IMG/VR virus record: IMGVR_UViG_3300028886_000031
Location: 32,001-96,000 of that record
Direction: 5' to 3' (one strand)
Origin: a virus
Lineage: Duplodnaviria; Heunggongvirae; Uroviricota; Caudoviricetes
DNA: 64,000 bases
In this document: positions 10,512 to 19,641 of the stretch, one piece after another
How the letters are laid out: each line of letters opens with the position of its first letter
Numbering within the stretch: position 1 is the first letter of the stretch
Notes under the pieces: generated by a model
The model's input: the letters and a program-made list of their open reading frames with translations, nothing else
The model's database searches: none
Told to the model about the DNA's origin: nothing
Made by a program: the position numbers and the translations under genes

Positions 10512-11651
10512 ATGTTGACATTAACTAAAATGAAGAGGGCTTATATAATAGATCATATAATGCCATCAGATCTAGATAAGAAAAATATAAAACATGGTCT
10601 CAAGCTTAAAGAAGAGATGATAGATAGTATAACGGATGATTATATTAAAACTATTATTCCAGATTGGAGACAAATAGAAAGAGATTATAGAAAACGCGGA
10701 GTATCGCAGTATATGGAGAAAGTTAATTGTGGCGAATTAACTTTGGACGATATATTAAAACCAAATCCAATACAATATGATGTATGGATAAGATGGAAAG
10801 ATTTTAATGTAACAGAATATAATAACAATCCAATGTATGGTCTAAAAGATTATGATTATGTTTGGAATCCTTTTAATGTTCTTGTATGTCATATAACAGA
10901 TCTAAAAAACGATGGCGCTGATAATGTTCTTATGACATGGGATACAGATAAGTATATAGCAACTTTTAATAATGTTAATTATACATTTTCCAAATTAGAA
11001 CATAATTATCAACTTAAGATAAATGATAGCGAATTCACCGTATCATCTATCGATAATAATGTTCTATACTTCAATAAAGATACTGTAAAAATAGAATGTT
11101 CCAATGTATATAGAGATGGTTATTCTGAATGGATTAAGTCTGATGATAAAAGACAGTTCGAATTTAAGAATAAAAAAGACACAGTATTTCAAATGAAAAT
11201 TGTTATGTATGGTGATAACCATAATAGATATTTTCCATTTCAAAGTTATGATATTACTAATGGATGGCAATACATATCTGATGATGTAGAACTTTATGAT
11301 TTTGAGACTGGTATGAATGAACAATTTTACAGGCTATTTTTTAGAAATAGACCTGGATATGGCGATATTATGTATAAAGGTTGGAAATATGAAAATATAG
11401 ATTGGTTTAGAATTAATTATCCATCATTGGTTGATGGAAATAAAGTTAACGCTAGCACAATATTATGCGATCCATTTCGTGTAAAATACAATGAACCTCC
11501 ACCAAATCCACAAGATGTAAATAGAAATATGTCTGGATCTATGGTTGTTATGTTGGGTAGACAATGGGTTAAATCAAAATATCTATGTGATATGTATTTG
11601 CTATGTAATTTTTCAATTCATATTGATAATATTGTTTTAAATAATGTATAG
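10512..11651 (+). CDS. Hypothetical protein (probable tail/baseplate)
   Basis: 379 aa, aromatic and beta-rich, directly after the spike gene. Confidence 0.5.
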   Translation: MLTLTKMKRAYIIDHIMPSDLDKKNIKHGLKLKEEMIDSITDDYIKTIIPDWRQIERDYRKRGVSQYMEKVNCGELTLDDILKPNPIQYDVWIRWKDFNVTEYNNNPMYGLKDYDYVWNPFNVLVCHITDLKNDGADNVLMTWDTDKYIATFNNVNYTFSKLEHNYQLKINDSEFTVSSIDNNVLYFNKDTVKIECSNVYRDGYSEWIKSDDKRQFEFKNKKDTVFQMKIVMYGDNHNRYFPFQSYDITNGWQYISDDVELYDFETGMNEQFYRLFFRNRPGYGDIMYKGWKYENIDWFRINYPSLVDGNKVNASTILCDPFRVKYNEPPPNPQDVNRNMSGSMVVMLGRQWVKSKYLCDMYLLCNFSIHIDNIVLNNV

Positions 11652-11659
11652 GAGATAAT

Positions 11660-12745
11660 ATGGGAGTAATCGCTGACGCACTTGTTGGACCGGCAGTAAG
11701 TCCAAGTATAATATCGGCAATGAATAAAATCACCAGTCAGGAATCTGTCGAACATAAGAACGTAACACCAGAAAAGAACATTAAAGGAAGTGTGAATTGT
11801 GGCGGTGGTGGAGGTGGGGGAGGAAGTGGATGTGGAAAACCTGCTGCATGTGGCGGCTGTGCTAAAAAAACAAAATCCTGCGGTGGAGGCGGAGGAGGGT
11901 GCGGAGGAAGCAAAAAAGAAAATCCGGAAAAAGGTGAATTTAAAGTTGTTTTTAAAGATTTTAACGGAAAAGTAATTTCTACGGATTTCCAGGGAAATAA
12001 CATAGGGAGTGTTCAAAAAGTAGAAAAAGATAGTTCTGCAGCAAAGCCATGGAATAGTCCGGATGAGGCAGACCAACATAAACAGGGAAAAATTGATGGA
12101 TATATGTTTAAGGAATGGAGTGTTTCGGATACTGATTTATCTACTGTTACAAAAGATCTAGAAGCAAAAGCCGTATACGAAAAAGATACAAGAGATTTTA
12201 TGACGGATTCCTCTTATGAAGAACAGATAGAGGAAATAAATGAATTTAGAGATAATTGTGTATCAGAGTATAATAATTGTATAGATGGTTGTCTAGATAC
12301 AATAGATCAAACATCTACTTGTATTAACGGCGAAAGTGTAACTGGTAGATCCGCTAGAGCAATTAACATGAATGCTGTAATGATTGTACTAGAACAGCAT
12401 AAGGATGAAGTAATTGAAGATCTTAGACCAAAGTTTGAGGATACAAAGAAATGTATAATGAATATACAAAGTACTTATATTTTTCAAACTAGAATGTTAT
12501 TTAATTATGAATGTGAAGAATGCCGAAGTAGTATAGATAAGAATGTAGACGAATTATGGGATATTCTCGTAACAGATGAACCAATAGAACAGAGACTTAA
12601 TGAAATGAAGGAAGAGTTTGATACTCAGATTTATGATATAACAGAAGATAACGCTGAGGCATTTAAACAGTTTAAAGATGATCTCAATAAATATATAAAG
12701 GATTTAAATAGTTGTTTTCCTTCTCCAGTACTCCAACAAATGTAA
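11660..12745 (+). CDS. Gly/Cys-rich protein with an InlB-B/Listeria-Bacteroides-repeat-like domain
   Basis: AGGAG RBS; FKVVFKDFNGKVIS...VQKVEK...A.KP...GYMFKEWS...VTKDLEAKAVYE fits that repeat family. Confidence 0.6.
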   Translation: MGVIADALVGPAVSPSIISAMNKITSQESVEHKNVTPEKNIKGSVNCGGGGGGGGSGCGKPAACGGCAKKTKSCGGGGGGCGGSKKENPEKGEFKVVFKDFNGKVISTDFQGNNIGSVQKVEKDSSAAKPWNSPDEADQHKQGKIDGYMFKEWSVSDTDLSTVTKDLEAKAVYEKDTRDFMTDSSYEEQIEEINEFRDNCVSEYNNCIDGCLDTIDQTSTCINGESVTGRSARAINMNAVMIVLEQHKDEVIEDLRPKFEDTKKCIMNIQSTYIFQTRMLFNYECEECRSSIDKNVDELWDILVTDEPIEQRLNEMKEEFDTQIYDITEDNAEAFKQFKDDLNKYIKDLNSCFPSPVLQQM

Positions 12746-12751
12746 AATACT

Positions 12752-13285
12752 ATGGTCGATCAATATATTACCACGAATCTTGGAACAGCTCCAAGAAGAT
12801 TCTTTTTTATCATAATACATGATACAAATTGTCAGTGGGAAAATTCAGATCTCTATAGAATAGATAAGAGGATGTTTCAGTCTGGACCAATGAGAGCCAG
12901 ATTTAGAACAGAAAAACATTATGACGAAATGCCTTATCATTTTATAGTTGAAAAGATAGGAGAGAATTTTCAAACAATTGTTGGTAGACCTCTACAGTAT
13001 TCTTGTGAAGATGAATATCCAGATATAGATTCTTATTATAGTAAATATGGCATACATGTATGCCTGATGGGAAACTATAATATTAATTTTGTAATTCCAA
13101 GATTATATCAGCAGTTGGCTTATAGAGTTATATGTCCAATGATGAAAACATATAGAATTACAAAAAGTAGAATCTTTACTCATGGTGAGATTTCAACAGA
13201 ACATCCAGATTGTCCTGGATTTAATTTTAGTAAACAGACTCTGTTCTCGTTTATGACAAAATTCTTACGTGGAATTAATTCTTAA
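12752..13285 (+). CDS. N-acetylmuramoyl-L-alanine amidase (Amidase_2/PGRP-like)
   Basis: IIIHDT, PYHFIV, IHVCLMGNY and THGE...CPG zinc-ligand motifs. Confidence 0.8.
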   Translation: MVDQYITTNLGTAPRRFFFIIIHDTNCQWENSDLYRIDKRMFQSGPMRARFRTEKHYDEMPYHFIVEKIGENFQTIVGRPLQYSCEDEYPDIDSYYSKYGIHVCLMGNYNINFVIPRLYQQLAYRVICPMMKTYRITKSRIFTHGEISTEHPDCPGFNFSKQTLFSFMTKFLRGINS

Positions 13286-13301
13286 AAAAGGTTGTTAAGC
13301 T

Positions 13302-13940
13302 ATGAAATTTGAAAACTTTTATTGTTTGTCAATTAGACAAGATAGATATTCCGTATTATGTAAAAACTTTGAAAAATTCGGACTTCCAATACCAAAAATG
13401 TTCGAAGGTTTTCGATGTGATGAAAAAGCAGAAAAATGCTGTCTCTTTGGACATATGAGTCTAATAATGATGGCACGAGCATTAGATTTTCCACATATTT
13501 TTATATTTGAGGATGATGCTTATCCAAGAAAAGATGTTGTTGAAAGGATGAGTCATTATATAGATAACAGACCTGCTAATTGTGGAGTTCTCGTCTTAGG
13601 TAGAAATGGAGAAGCTGGACCAATATCTAGACATGGTGATTATCATATTGTAGTACATAGACCTTTTGGTGCACATGCTTATTTAGTATATAAGAGTGCA
13701 TACGATGAAATTTTAAGTTCCATGGAAAAGGCAAAGATCGCTGATATAGCTCTAAAAGGTGAGAATTTTACAAATGTAAAACCATATTGGACAAATGAAT
13801 ATCTTTTTATACAGAAGAATATGGATAATAACTGTATGTCAAAAGGTCTTGTAAATAAATATGGAATGTATTTTTATCCAGCTCCAAATGGTGGTTTAGG
13901 AGTACATAGACATTTGCCAATGGATGGTAAATGGGAATAA
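13302..13940 (+). CDS. Glycosyltransferase family 25
   Basis: YCLSI..DR, CLFGH, IFEDDA and GAHAYLV motifs. Confidence 0.8.
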   Translation: MKFENFYCLSIRQDRYSVLCKNFEKFGLPIPKMFEGFRCDEKAEKCCLFGHMSLIMMARALDFPHIFIFEDDAYPRKDVVERMSHYIDNRPANCGVLVLGRNGEAGPISRHGDYHIVVHRPFGAHAYLVYKSAYDEILSSMEKAKIADIALKGENFTNVKPYWTNEYLFIQKNMDNNCMSKGLVNKYGMYFYPAPNGGLGVHRHLPMDGKWE

Positions 13941-13954
13941 AATTAAAAATCATT

Positions 13955-14530
13955 ATGAAATATAGTTTTATAACAGAGAGTAAGAAATCCCTTACCAAAA
14001 ATGGTACTCCTCCAAATAAGAAGTCTGAGATTATACCTTCGAATGTTAATGTAACTATAGATCAGAATATGGCTGATGATTTTACAAAGCCAGAGAATGT
14101 AAGTCCAAAAACAGTTTATACTAGAAGATTACAGGTAAAGTTAATCAAACAGATTCTAGGAAAATGTCCAACTGCTAAGGCATTTAGAGATACGTTTAAA
14201 AACTCTCCAATTGGATCTATGAGAAGGTTGTGTGACCTAATCACAGATGAAACACCTTTACAAGAATATATAGATTTCTTGCAATACAAGGTTGTAAGAT
14301 GGTCTATGAAGGATAAGTTAATCCAGATGGTACTTGCTGGATTCTTTGGATCTGTTGTTGGAGCTATTATTGGAGCTTTATCTACATTTACATCTTACGC
14401 TCCAAAGAATTTAACAATAGATCAGAATGCTGCTATTGGAGCTGGAGCTGGAGCTTTACTTGGTGGCACCGGCGGGGCTATAAGATATGACTGGTATGAT
14501 AATGACTCTGTTGAAAAGAGCATTAAGTAA
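13955..14530 (+). CDS. Hypothetical protein with C-terminal glycine-zipper hydrophobic segments
   Basis: LAGFFGSVVGAIIGAL and AAIGAGAGALLGGTGG; likely start MKYSFITES. Confidence 0.55.
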   Translation: MKYSFITESKKSLTKNGTPPNKKSEIIPSNVNVTIDQNMADDFTKPENVSPKTVYTRRLQVKLIKQILGKCPTAKAFRDTFKNSPIGSMRRLCDLITDETPLQEYIDFLQYKVVRWSMKDKLIQMVLAGFFGSVVGAIIGALSTFTSYAPKNLTIDQNAAIGAGAGALLGGTGGAIRYDWYDNDSVEKSIK

Positions 14531-14531
14531 A

Positions 14532-14559
14532 TCCCGTTCTACAAAGAAGTAGAACGGGA
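14532..14559. terminator. Hairpin between convergent genes (likely bidirectional terminator)
   Basis: Perfect 11-bp stem TCCCGTTCTAC/GTAGAACGGGA with a 6-nt loop. Confidence 0.75.
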
Positions 14560-14572
14560 CTTACCGTTGATT

Positions 14573-16003
14573 TTAGTAGCACATATCTATTTTCTGACGA
14601 ATCTTATCTAATTCGGCATCAAGTTTCCCACTAAAATATTTATTGTAGAAATCTACAATTTCCGTTTCTATCTGGTTAATCGGGAATGTCATAATCTGAT
14701 TTCCAGTAATAAAGTCTACATAATCATTCTTTGTGATCTTACCAATTAATAGACTGTAGATCTCATATACACTTGCTCTATTTTTAAATCCAAGAAAATG
14801 ATCAAATGTTTCCAAGAACTTATTTAGATTCTTAATCTTATAAGATGTCTTTGTGATAGGTCTCTGAAGATTATGATAGAGAAGTATCTTTCTTATATAA
14901 GGATAATGTTCCTCAAAGTATGTTCCTTCCATTAACTTATAAAGAAGAATGTTAAGAATATAAGATGTAGATACGGACAAAGTCTGGAAATGTCTAAAAG
15001 GAATATCTAGAATCTTACAAAGAATCGGATATGTAATACACTCAGATACAACAGACAATTCTTTAATGGATTCTATCTTACTTTTAAATTCTTCAATCTT
15101 GGCATCTTTGCGTTCATTCTCTTCAAAAAGCTGATCTAATGCATCATATGCCATTACACAGAGTTGTCCTATTGTATTGTTATGTGCATATGTCTTAAGA
15201 TTATCTCTACCAACTACACTATTAACATCTTGTGTTGAAATACTATCACTGTATACAATAGAATCCTTGTATGTGGTTCTTAAAATCCATTTAATAGATT
15301 CATCAATAACAGATATAAGATAAGGAATCGGATTCATTGTTGTTTCACATGTTACGATAATGTAATTTACAACGAAGTTAAATATACTTGTGATGTGCAT
15401 ATCCGGAGTACGACAGAACATATTCTGAATATACTGCCACATGAACTTATCAGAAGAATTATATTCAAAAGTCTTGGAAGATACTATTTTATGAAGCTTA
15501 ATTATAATTGGTGAATTTACAATGTTCTCTACGAGTTTCTGGAATATTTTGTTATTGAAACGCTGTGGGATATCCATGTTCATATCTTTATATAAAGTAT
15601 AATATACTTTAAGATACGAAGATGTTTTTACAATTTCTTTAATTTCATCAGAATCAAAAAAGATGCTAGATTTAGATGCTTTGGATTTATCGATATAACC
15701 TTCAAAATCGATATTCAGTTTTTCAATGTATTTATTGCAGAATTCTTTAATCTTTGGAATTTGACTGTATATAATCTGAAAATCTTGTTTGTCTAAATAG
15801 TCATTAACAAGTTTAACGTACCAGTCTTCACATTCTTTTCCAAGATCATTACACATGTTCTGAACGAAGTTAAACAGAACATCATATTTATTAGATCCAG
15901 GACTATAAATAAGATCGTATTTGTGTATCTTCTTTTCGTTTCCATTTTCGTCTATCTGTGTAAGAACATATTGACGTTTTTCTGGACTTGTGAATTTGAT
16001 CAT
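14573..16003 (-). CDS. Hypothetical helical protein; candidate RNAP promoter-specificity (sigma-like) subunit
   Basis: Only long minus-strand gene; AAAGGAG RBS; 476 aa, predicted helical. Function is inference only. Confidence 0.4.
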   Translation of the reverse strand: MIKFTSPEKRQYVLTQIDENGNEKKIHKYDLIYSPGSNKYDVLFNFVQNMCNDLGKECEDWYVKLVNDYLDKQDFQIIYSQIPKIKEFCNKYIEKLNIDFEGYIDKSKASKSSIFFDSDEIKEIVKTSSYLKVYYTLYKDMNMDIPQRFNNKIFQKLVENIVNSPIIIKLHKIVSSKTFEYNSSDKFMWQYIQNMFCRTPDMHITSIFNFVVNYIIVTCETTMNPIPYLISVIDESIKWILRTTYKDSIVYSDSISTQDVNSVVGRDNLKTYAHNNTIGQLCVMAYDALDQLFEENERKDAKIEEFKSKIESIKELSVVSECITYPILCKILDIPFRHFQTLSVSTSYILNILLYKLMEGTYFEEHYPYIRKILLYHNLQRPITKTSYKIKNLNKFLETFDHFLGFKNRASVYEIYSLLIGKITKNDYVDFITGNQIMTFPINQIETEIVDFYNKYFSGKLDAELDKIRQKIDMCY

Positions 16004-16168
16004 TTTGTTTCTCCTTTAAAAAATGGCTCTTATCATAGGTGTATATATATAGTGATAAAAACCATTTATAGTAAAGTCTTTTTATACGATATTAAATACC
16101 AAAATTATCTTATTATATACAACAATGGTTATGTTTAATAAATATAAAATAAATTGAATATCATTTCT

Positions 16169-16570
16169 ATGGATATATTGCTAGAAGAAAATATGGTGAC
16201 AGCCATATACAACACATACAAGAATAGAAAAGAAAAATGTGATTACAACTGTGGTCAGAAATTTATGAATGATAAATTTCTGCAGCCAAAGCTTAATGTC
16301 TGTAAAGCAAATTGTGATGTAATATGGGAAAGCCAATATGTAAGAGAACTTCAGGCTTATATATCTGGCAATATGTCTAATCTAAATTCTGAGTACGCAA
16401 CCGATTTAAGAAAAAGATTAGATATAGCAAAGAAAAGATTATATAATTCTAAAGCCAGACTCATCAAAACAAGAATGATGTTAAATAAAGTTCTGTATGG
16501 ACGTAGGGCAAGTATGTCTATGACTCCAGTTAAAAACGGTCCAGCATTTGAAAGAATAGGTACTATATGA
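16169..16570 (+). CDS. Hypothetical protein (possible head-internal protein)
   Basis: Likely start MDILLEE; ATGA overlap with the RNAP beta' gene. Confidence 0.55.
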   Translation: MDILLEENMVTAIYNTYKNRKEKCDYNCGQKFMNDKFLQPKLNVCKANCDVIWESQYVRELQAYISGNMSNLNSEYATDLRKRLDIAKKRLYNSKARLIKTRMMLNKVLYGRRASMSMTPVKNGPAFERIGTI

Positions 16571-19500
16571 TAAAACTTATAGATATGCAGAAGGCACCTG
16601 ATAAGCTGCCTGAAGTTACATCATCAGAGTATACAATAGGTTCTAAAAGTTTGCTCTTCCATCCAGAAGGTCTTTTTTCTGAGGTTATTTTTGGACCGAA
16701 GGATGATAATAGACGTAGAACACAATACGCTTACATAGATCTTCATTGTAAGATACTTCATCCACAACTTGTCAAATGTGTAAATAGATTTAATAGAAAA
16801 ATTATTATGGCATTAAATAGAGAGTGTCAGTATAATTTTGATGCTAATGATGAACTTGTCGAAGTTCCTGAAGATGGTGAAATTAATGGAGTAACTTCTA
16901 TTATACAAAACTTTGATAGAATAATTAACGCACGTTCAGAGAAAACAAGAATACGTCAAGACATTAAAAAGATGTTAAAGGCATACCATTCAAAGGGGAT
17001 GGTGTTTATAGATAAGTGTATTGTTATTCCTCCATTCTGGAGAGAAGCCAACGCTGATGTTGTAGATGAACGTGGAGGATTAAGAATTCCAAAAATTAAT
17101 GAATTTTATCAAAGAATTATTAAGTTATCAAGACAGATAGCATCCATGCCTATGATGAATCCTGGAGAAATTATATATGAGATTCATGCAGCAAAGATGC
17201 AAAAATATGTAAATGAACTTGTTGATTTTATAATTGCTAGAGTAAGTAAGAAGAGTGGACTTGTTAGACAGGATATTCTTGGAAAGAGAATAGACTTCTG
17301 TGGGCGCGCCGTTATTATTGGAGGTTCCTATGAAATTAAACCAGACGAAATAGGAATTCCTTTTAAGATGCTTGTAAAACTATACGAGCCTTTTATTTTA
17401 CATGAACTTTATTATGGTGAACAGACAGATAAAAAAACATTAGAAAAAGAACTTCTAGCATACAATGATTCTGCGTATTCTCTTGTAGCATTGAGACAAT
17501 TGTTAAATGATATTCAGAAGGGACATGTACTTCCTCCAGTCTTAAATACAATATTGGTGGATTGTGTAAAAAGAGTTATTGTTGATAAGGTTGTTATAGC
17601 AAAACGTGACCCGCCGTTACATGCTGAATCTGTAAGAGCGTTTAAGCCAGTCTTTGTAGAGGGATCATCAATTAGAATTGCACCAACTTGCTGTAGTGGA
17701 TTTAATGCTGACTTCGATGGCGATACAATGGCTGTTTACGCACCTTTGACAAGGCAATCTATCGAAGAGGTCAAGGAGAAGATGCTTGTTCCATATTCTA
17801 TGGACGGTATGAAAAAAGTATGTGATGATTTGTCAAAAGACTATTGTGTTGGACTTTATAATCTTACCAAGGATAATATTAAGTTCAAAAACATTCAACC
17901 TAAAATTATTAAAGATGATAAAGAGTTAGATTCACTTCACCCAAATTATCCAATTTTAATAAACGGAAAAGTAACAACCGTTGGAAGATACATGTTCAAT
18001 AAGTATGTTCCTGATAAATCTTATAGAATAGATCATGCTATTAATAAGAACAGCATTAATGACATGATTACAAGATGTGCCAACGATTATTATCAAGACC
18101 ATCCAGAGATATATTCTAATTTCGTCAATAAAATAATTGAACTTGGATCTAAATATTATACTTTAATGCCTGTAACGTTTTCGTTGGATGATCTACAGGT
18201 TCCGGCATCTATTATGAAATTAAAGGATAAACTTGTAAATGCTACTCCAGAACAGGCACAATTAATTATTACGAAGATGGAGAGACTCCTTAAAGATTAT
18301 CTGGAAGAGAATCAGTTGAATTTTGGTATCGTTGGTGCTGGTGGTGGATTAAAAGGTGGATATGGACAATTAAGACAGATTCTTATATGTAAAGGTATTA
18401 TATCTGGTCCAGGAGGAAAAATTCTAACGATTACGGATTCCTATGGCTCAGGAATGACATCTAAAGACCATTTTGATTCTGGATTTGCTTCCAGAAACGG
18501 TATTGCCGATAGAGTTCTTAATACTGCAGATACTGGATATTTAAGTAGAAGATTAGCTTATGCACTTCAAAGAGTTGAATGTGATCCAACAATATTGGAT
18601 TGTGGAACAAGAAAAACAATATCTGTTAAAGTCACAAGTGATATTGCTAAAAGATTAGCTGGTCGATATGTATATAATGACAATAACAAGCTTGAGTTGT
18701 TTGATGCTGATAAATGGCTGGATAAGGTCGTTAGGTTAAGAACTCCTATATATTGTACTACTACAAAATTATGTAGACATTGCTATGGTGAACTTTCTGT
18801 TAGAAATAGAACTAAGAATGTCGGAATTCTTGCTGCCCAAATTATGGGAGAAAGACTAAGTCAAAGCATTATGAAAACATTCCATGTTGGTGGTTCCATT
18901 AACGTTAAGATTATAGATATCAGAAAAGTTTTAACGGAAATGATGGATCAAAATCAAAAACTTTTATTCGATAAGCAGTTTAAATGTACAGAGGACTCTA
19001 AATTAATTGCTAACATGCCTGGAAAGATTATTATAGAAAAAACATTTTATAAGGATAAAAAGGACATTACAATTAGTGATGATAAAATAGAGGCAAGTTA
19101 TGGATACTTCTATATTGATGCTGGTGGTAGAAAAATAGACTGTACGATAGACAATAAGATAGAAATACCTCTTCAAAGCAAACAAATGACAGAGGATGAC
19201 AAACAATATACTATAGATTTTCCAATAAATGATGTTGTGTTCTTATGTGTTCCAACTCCGGATATTCTCTCTAAGAAAATTAAAGTAATTGAGAATGTAT
19301 TTAATGGTAAGACACCATATAAAACACCTGACCATTATGTGAAGAAAATATATGAGATATATAAAGATCTTGGATGTGGAGCCGATTATGTACATTTTGA
19401 AACATTTACATCAAATATTCTAAGAGATGCACATAATCCATCTTATCCAGCAAGGTTAAATACAAAGAATTATTCTCCTTTAATTATTTCTTTGAATAGT

Positions 19501-19632
19501 ATTCCAACTCAGGAGTCATGGCTACAGGCGTTCTGTTTCCAAGATTCTAAGGATGCCATTACAACAGGATTATTATATGATCGAAATCCAGAGCCAACAA
19601 TTCTGGAAAGATTAGCAATGTCAGATATTTAA
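16567..19632 (+). CDS. rpoC: DNA-directed RNA polymerase beta'-like subunit, set 1 (probable virion RNAP)
   Basis: GLFSEVIFGP, LGKRIDFCGRAVI, KRDPPLH, catalytic NADFDGD at 17704-17724, TADTGYLSRRL, C..CYG, MKTFHVGG. Confidence 0.95.
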   Translation: MIKLIDMQKAPDKLPEVTSSEYTIGSKSLLFHPEGLFSEVIFGPKDDNRRRTQYAYIDLHCKILHPQLVKCVNRFNRKIIMALNRECQYNFDANDELVEVPEDGEINGVTSIIQNFDRIINARSEKTRIRQDIKKMLKAYHSKGMVFIDKCIVIPPFWREANADVVDERGGLRIPKINEFYQRIIKLSRQIASMPMMNPGEIIYEIHAAKMQKYVNELVDFIIARVSKKSGLVRQDILGKRIDFCGRAVIIGGSYEIKPDEIGIPFKMLVKLYEPFILHELYYGEQTDKKTLEKELLAYNDSAYSLVALRQLLNDIQKGHVLPPVLNTILVDCVKRVIVDKVVIAKRDPPLHAESVRAFKPVFVEGSSIRIAPTCCSGFNADFDGDTMAVYAPLTRQSIEEVKEKMLVPYSMDGMKKVCDDLSKDYCVGLYNLTKDNIKFKNIQPKIIKDDKELDSLHPNYPILINGKVTTVGRYMFNKYVPDKSYRIDHAINKNSINDMITRCANDYYQDHPEIYSNFVNKIIELGSKYYTLMPVTFSLDDLQVPASIMKLKDKLVNATPEQAQLIITKMERLLKDYLEENQLNFGIVGAGGGLKGGYGQLRQILICKGIISGPGGKILTITDSYGSGMTSKDHFDSGFASRNGIADRVLNTADTGYLSRRLAYALQRVECDPTILDCGTRKTISVKVTSDIAKRLAGRYVYNDNNKLELFDADKWLDKVVRLRTPIYCTTTKLCRHCYGELSVRNRTKNVGILAAQIMGERLSQSIMKTFHVGGSINVKIIDIRKVLTEMMDQNQKLLFDKQFKCTEDSKLIANMPGKIIIEKTFYKDKKDITISDDKIEASYGYFYIDAGGRKIDCTIDNKIEIPLQSKQMTEDDKQYTIDFPINDVVFLCVPTPDILSKKIKVIENVFNGKTPYKTPDHYVKKIYEIYKDLGCGADYVHFETFTSNILRDAHNPSYPARLNTKNYSPLIISLNSIPTQESWLQAFCFQDSKDAITTGLLYDRNPEPTILERLAMSDI

Positions 19633-19641
19633 GGATTTAAT

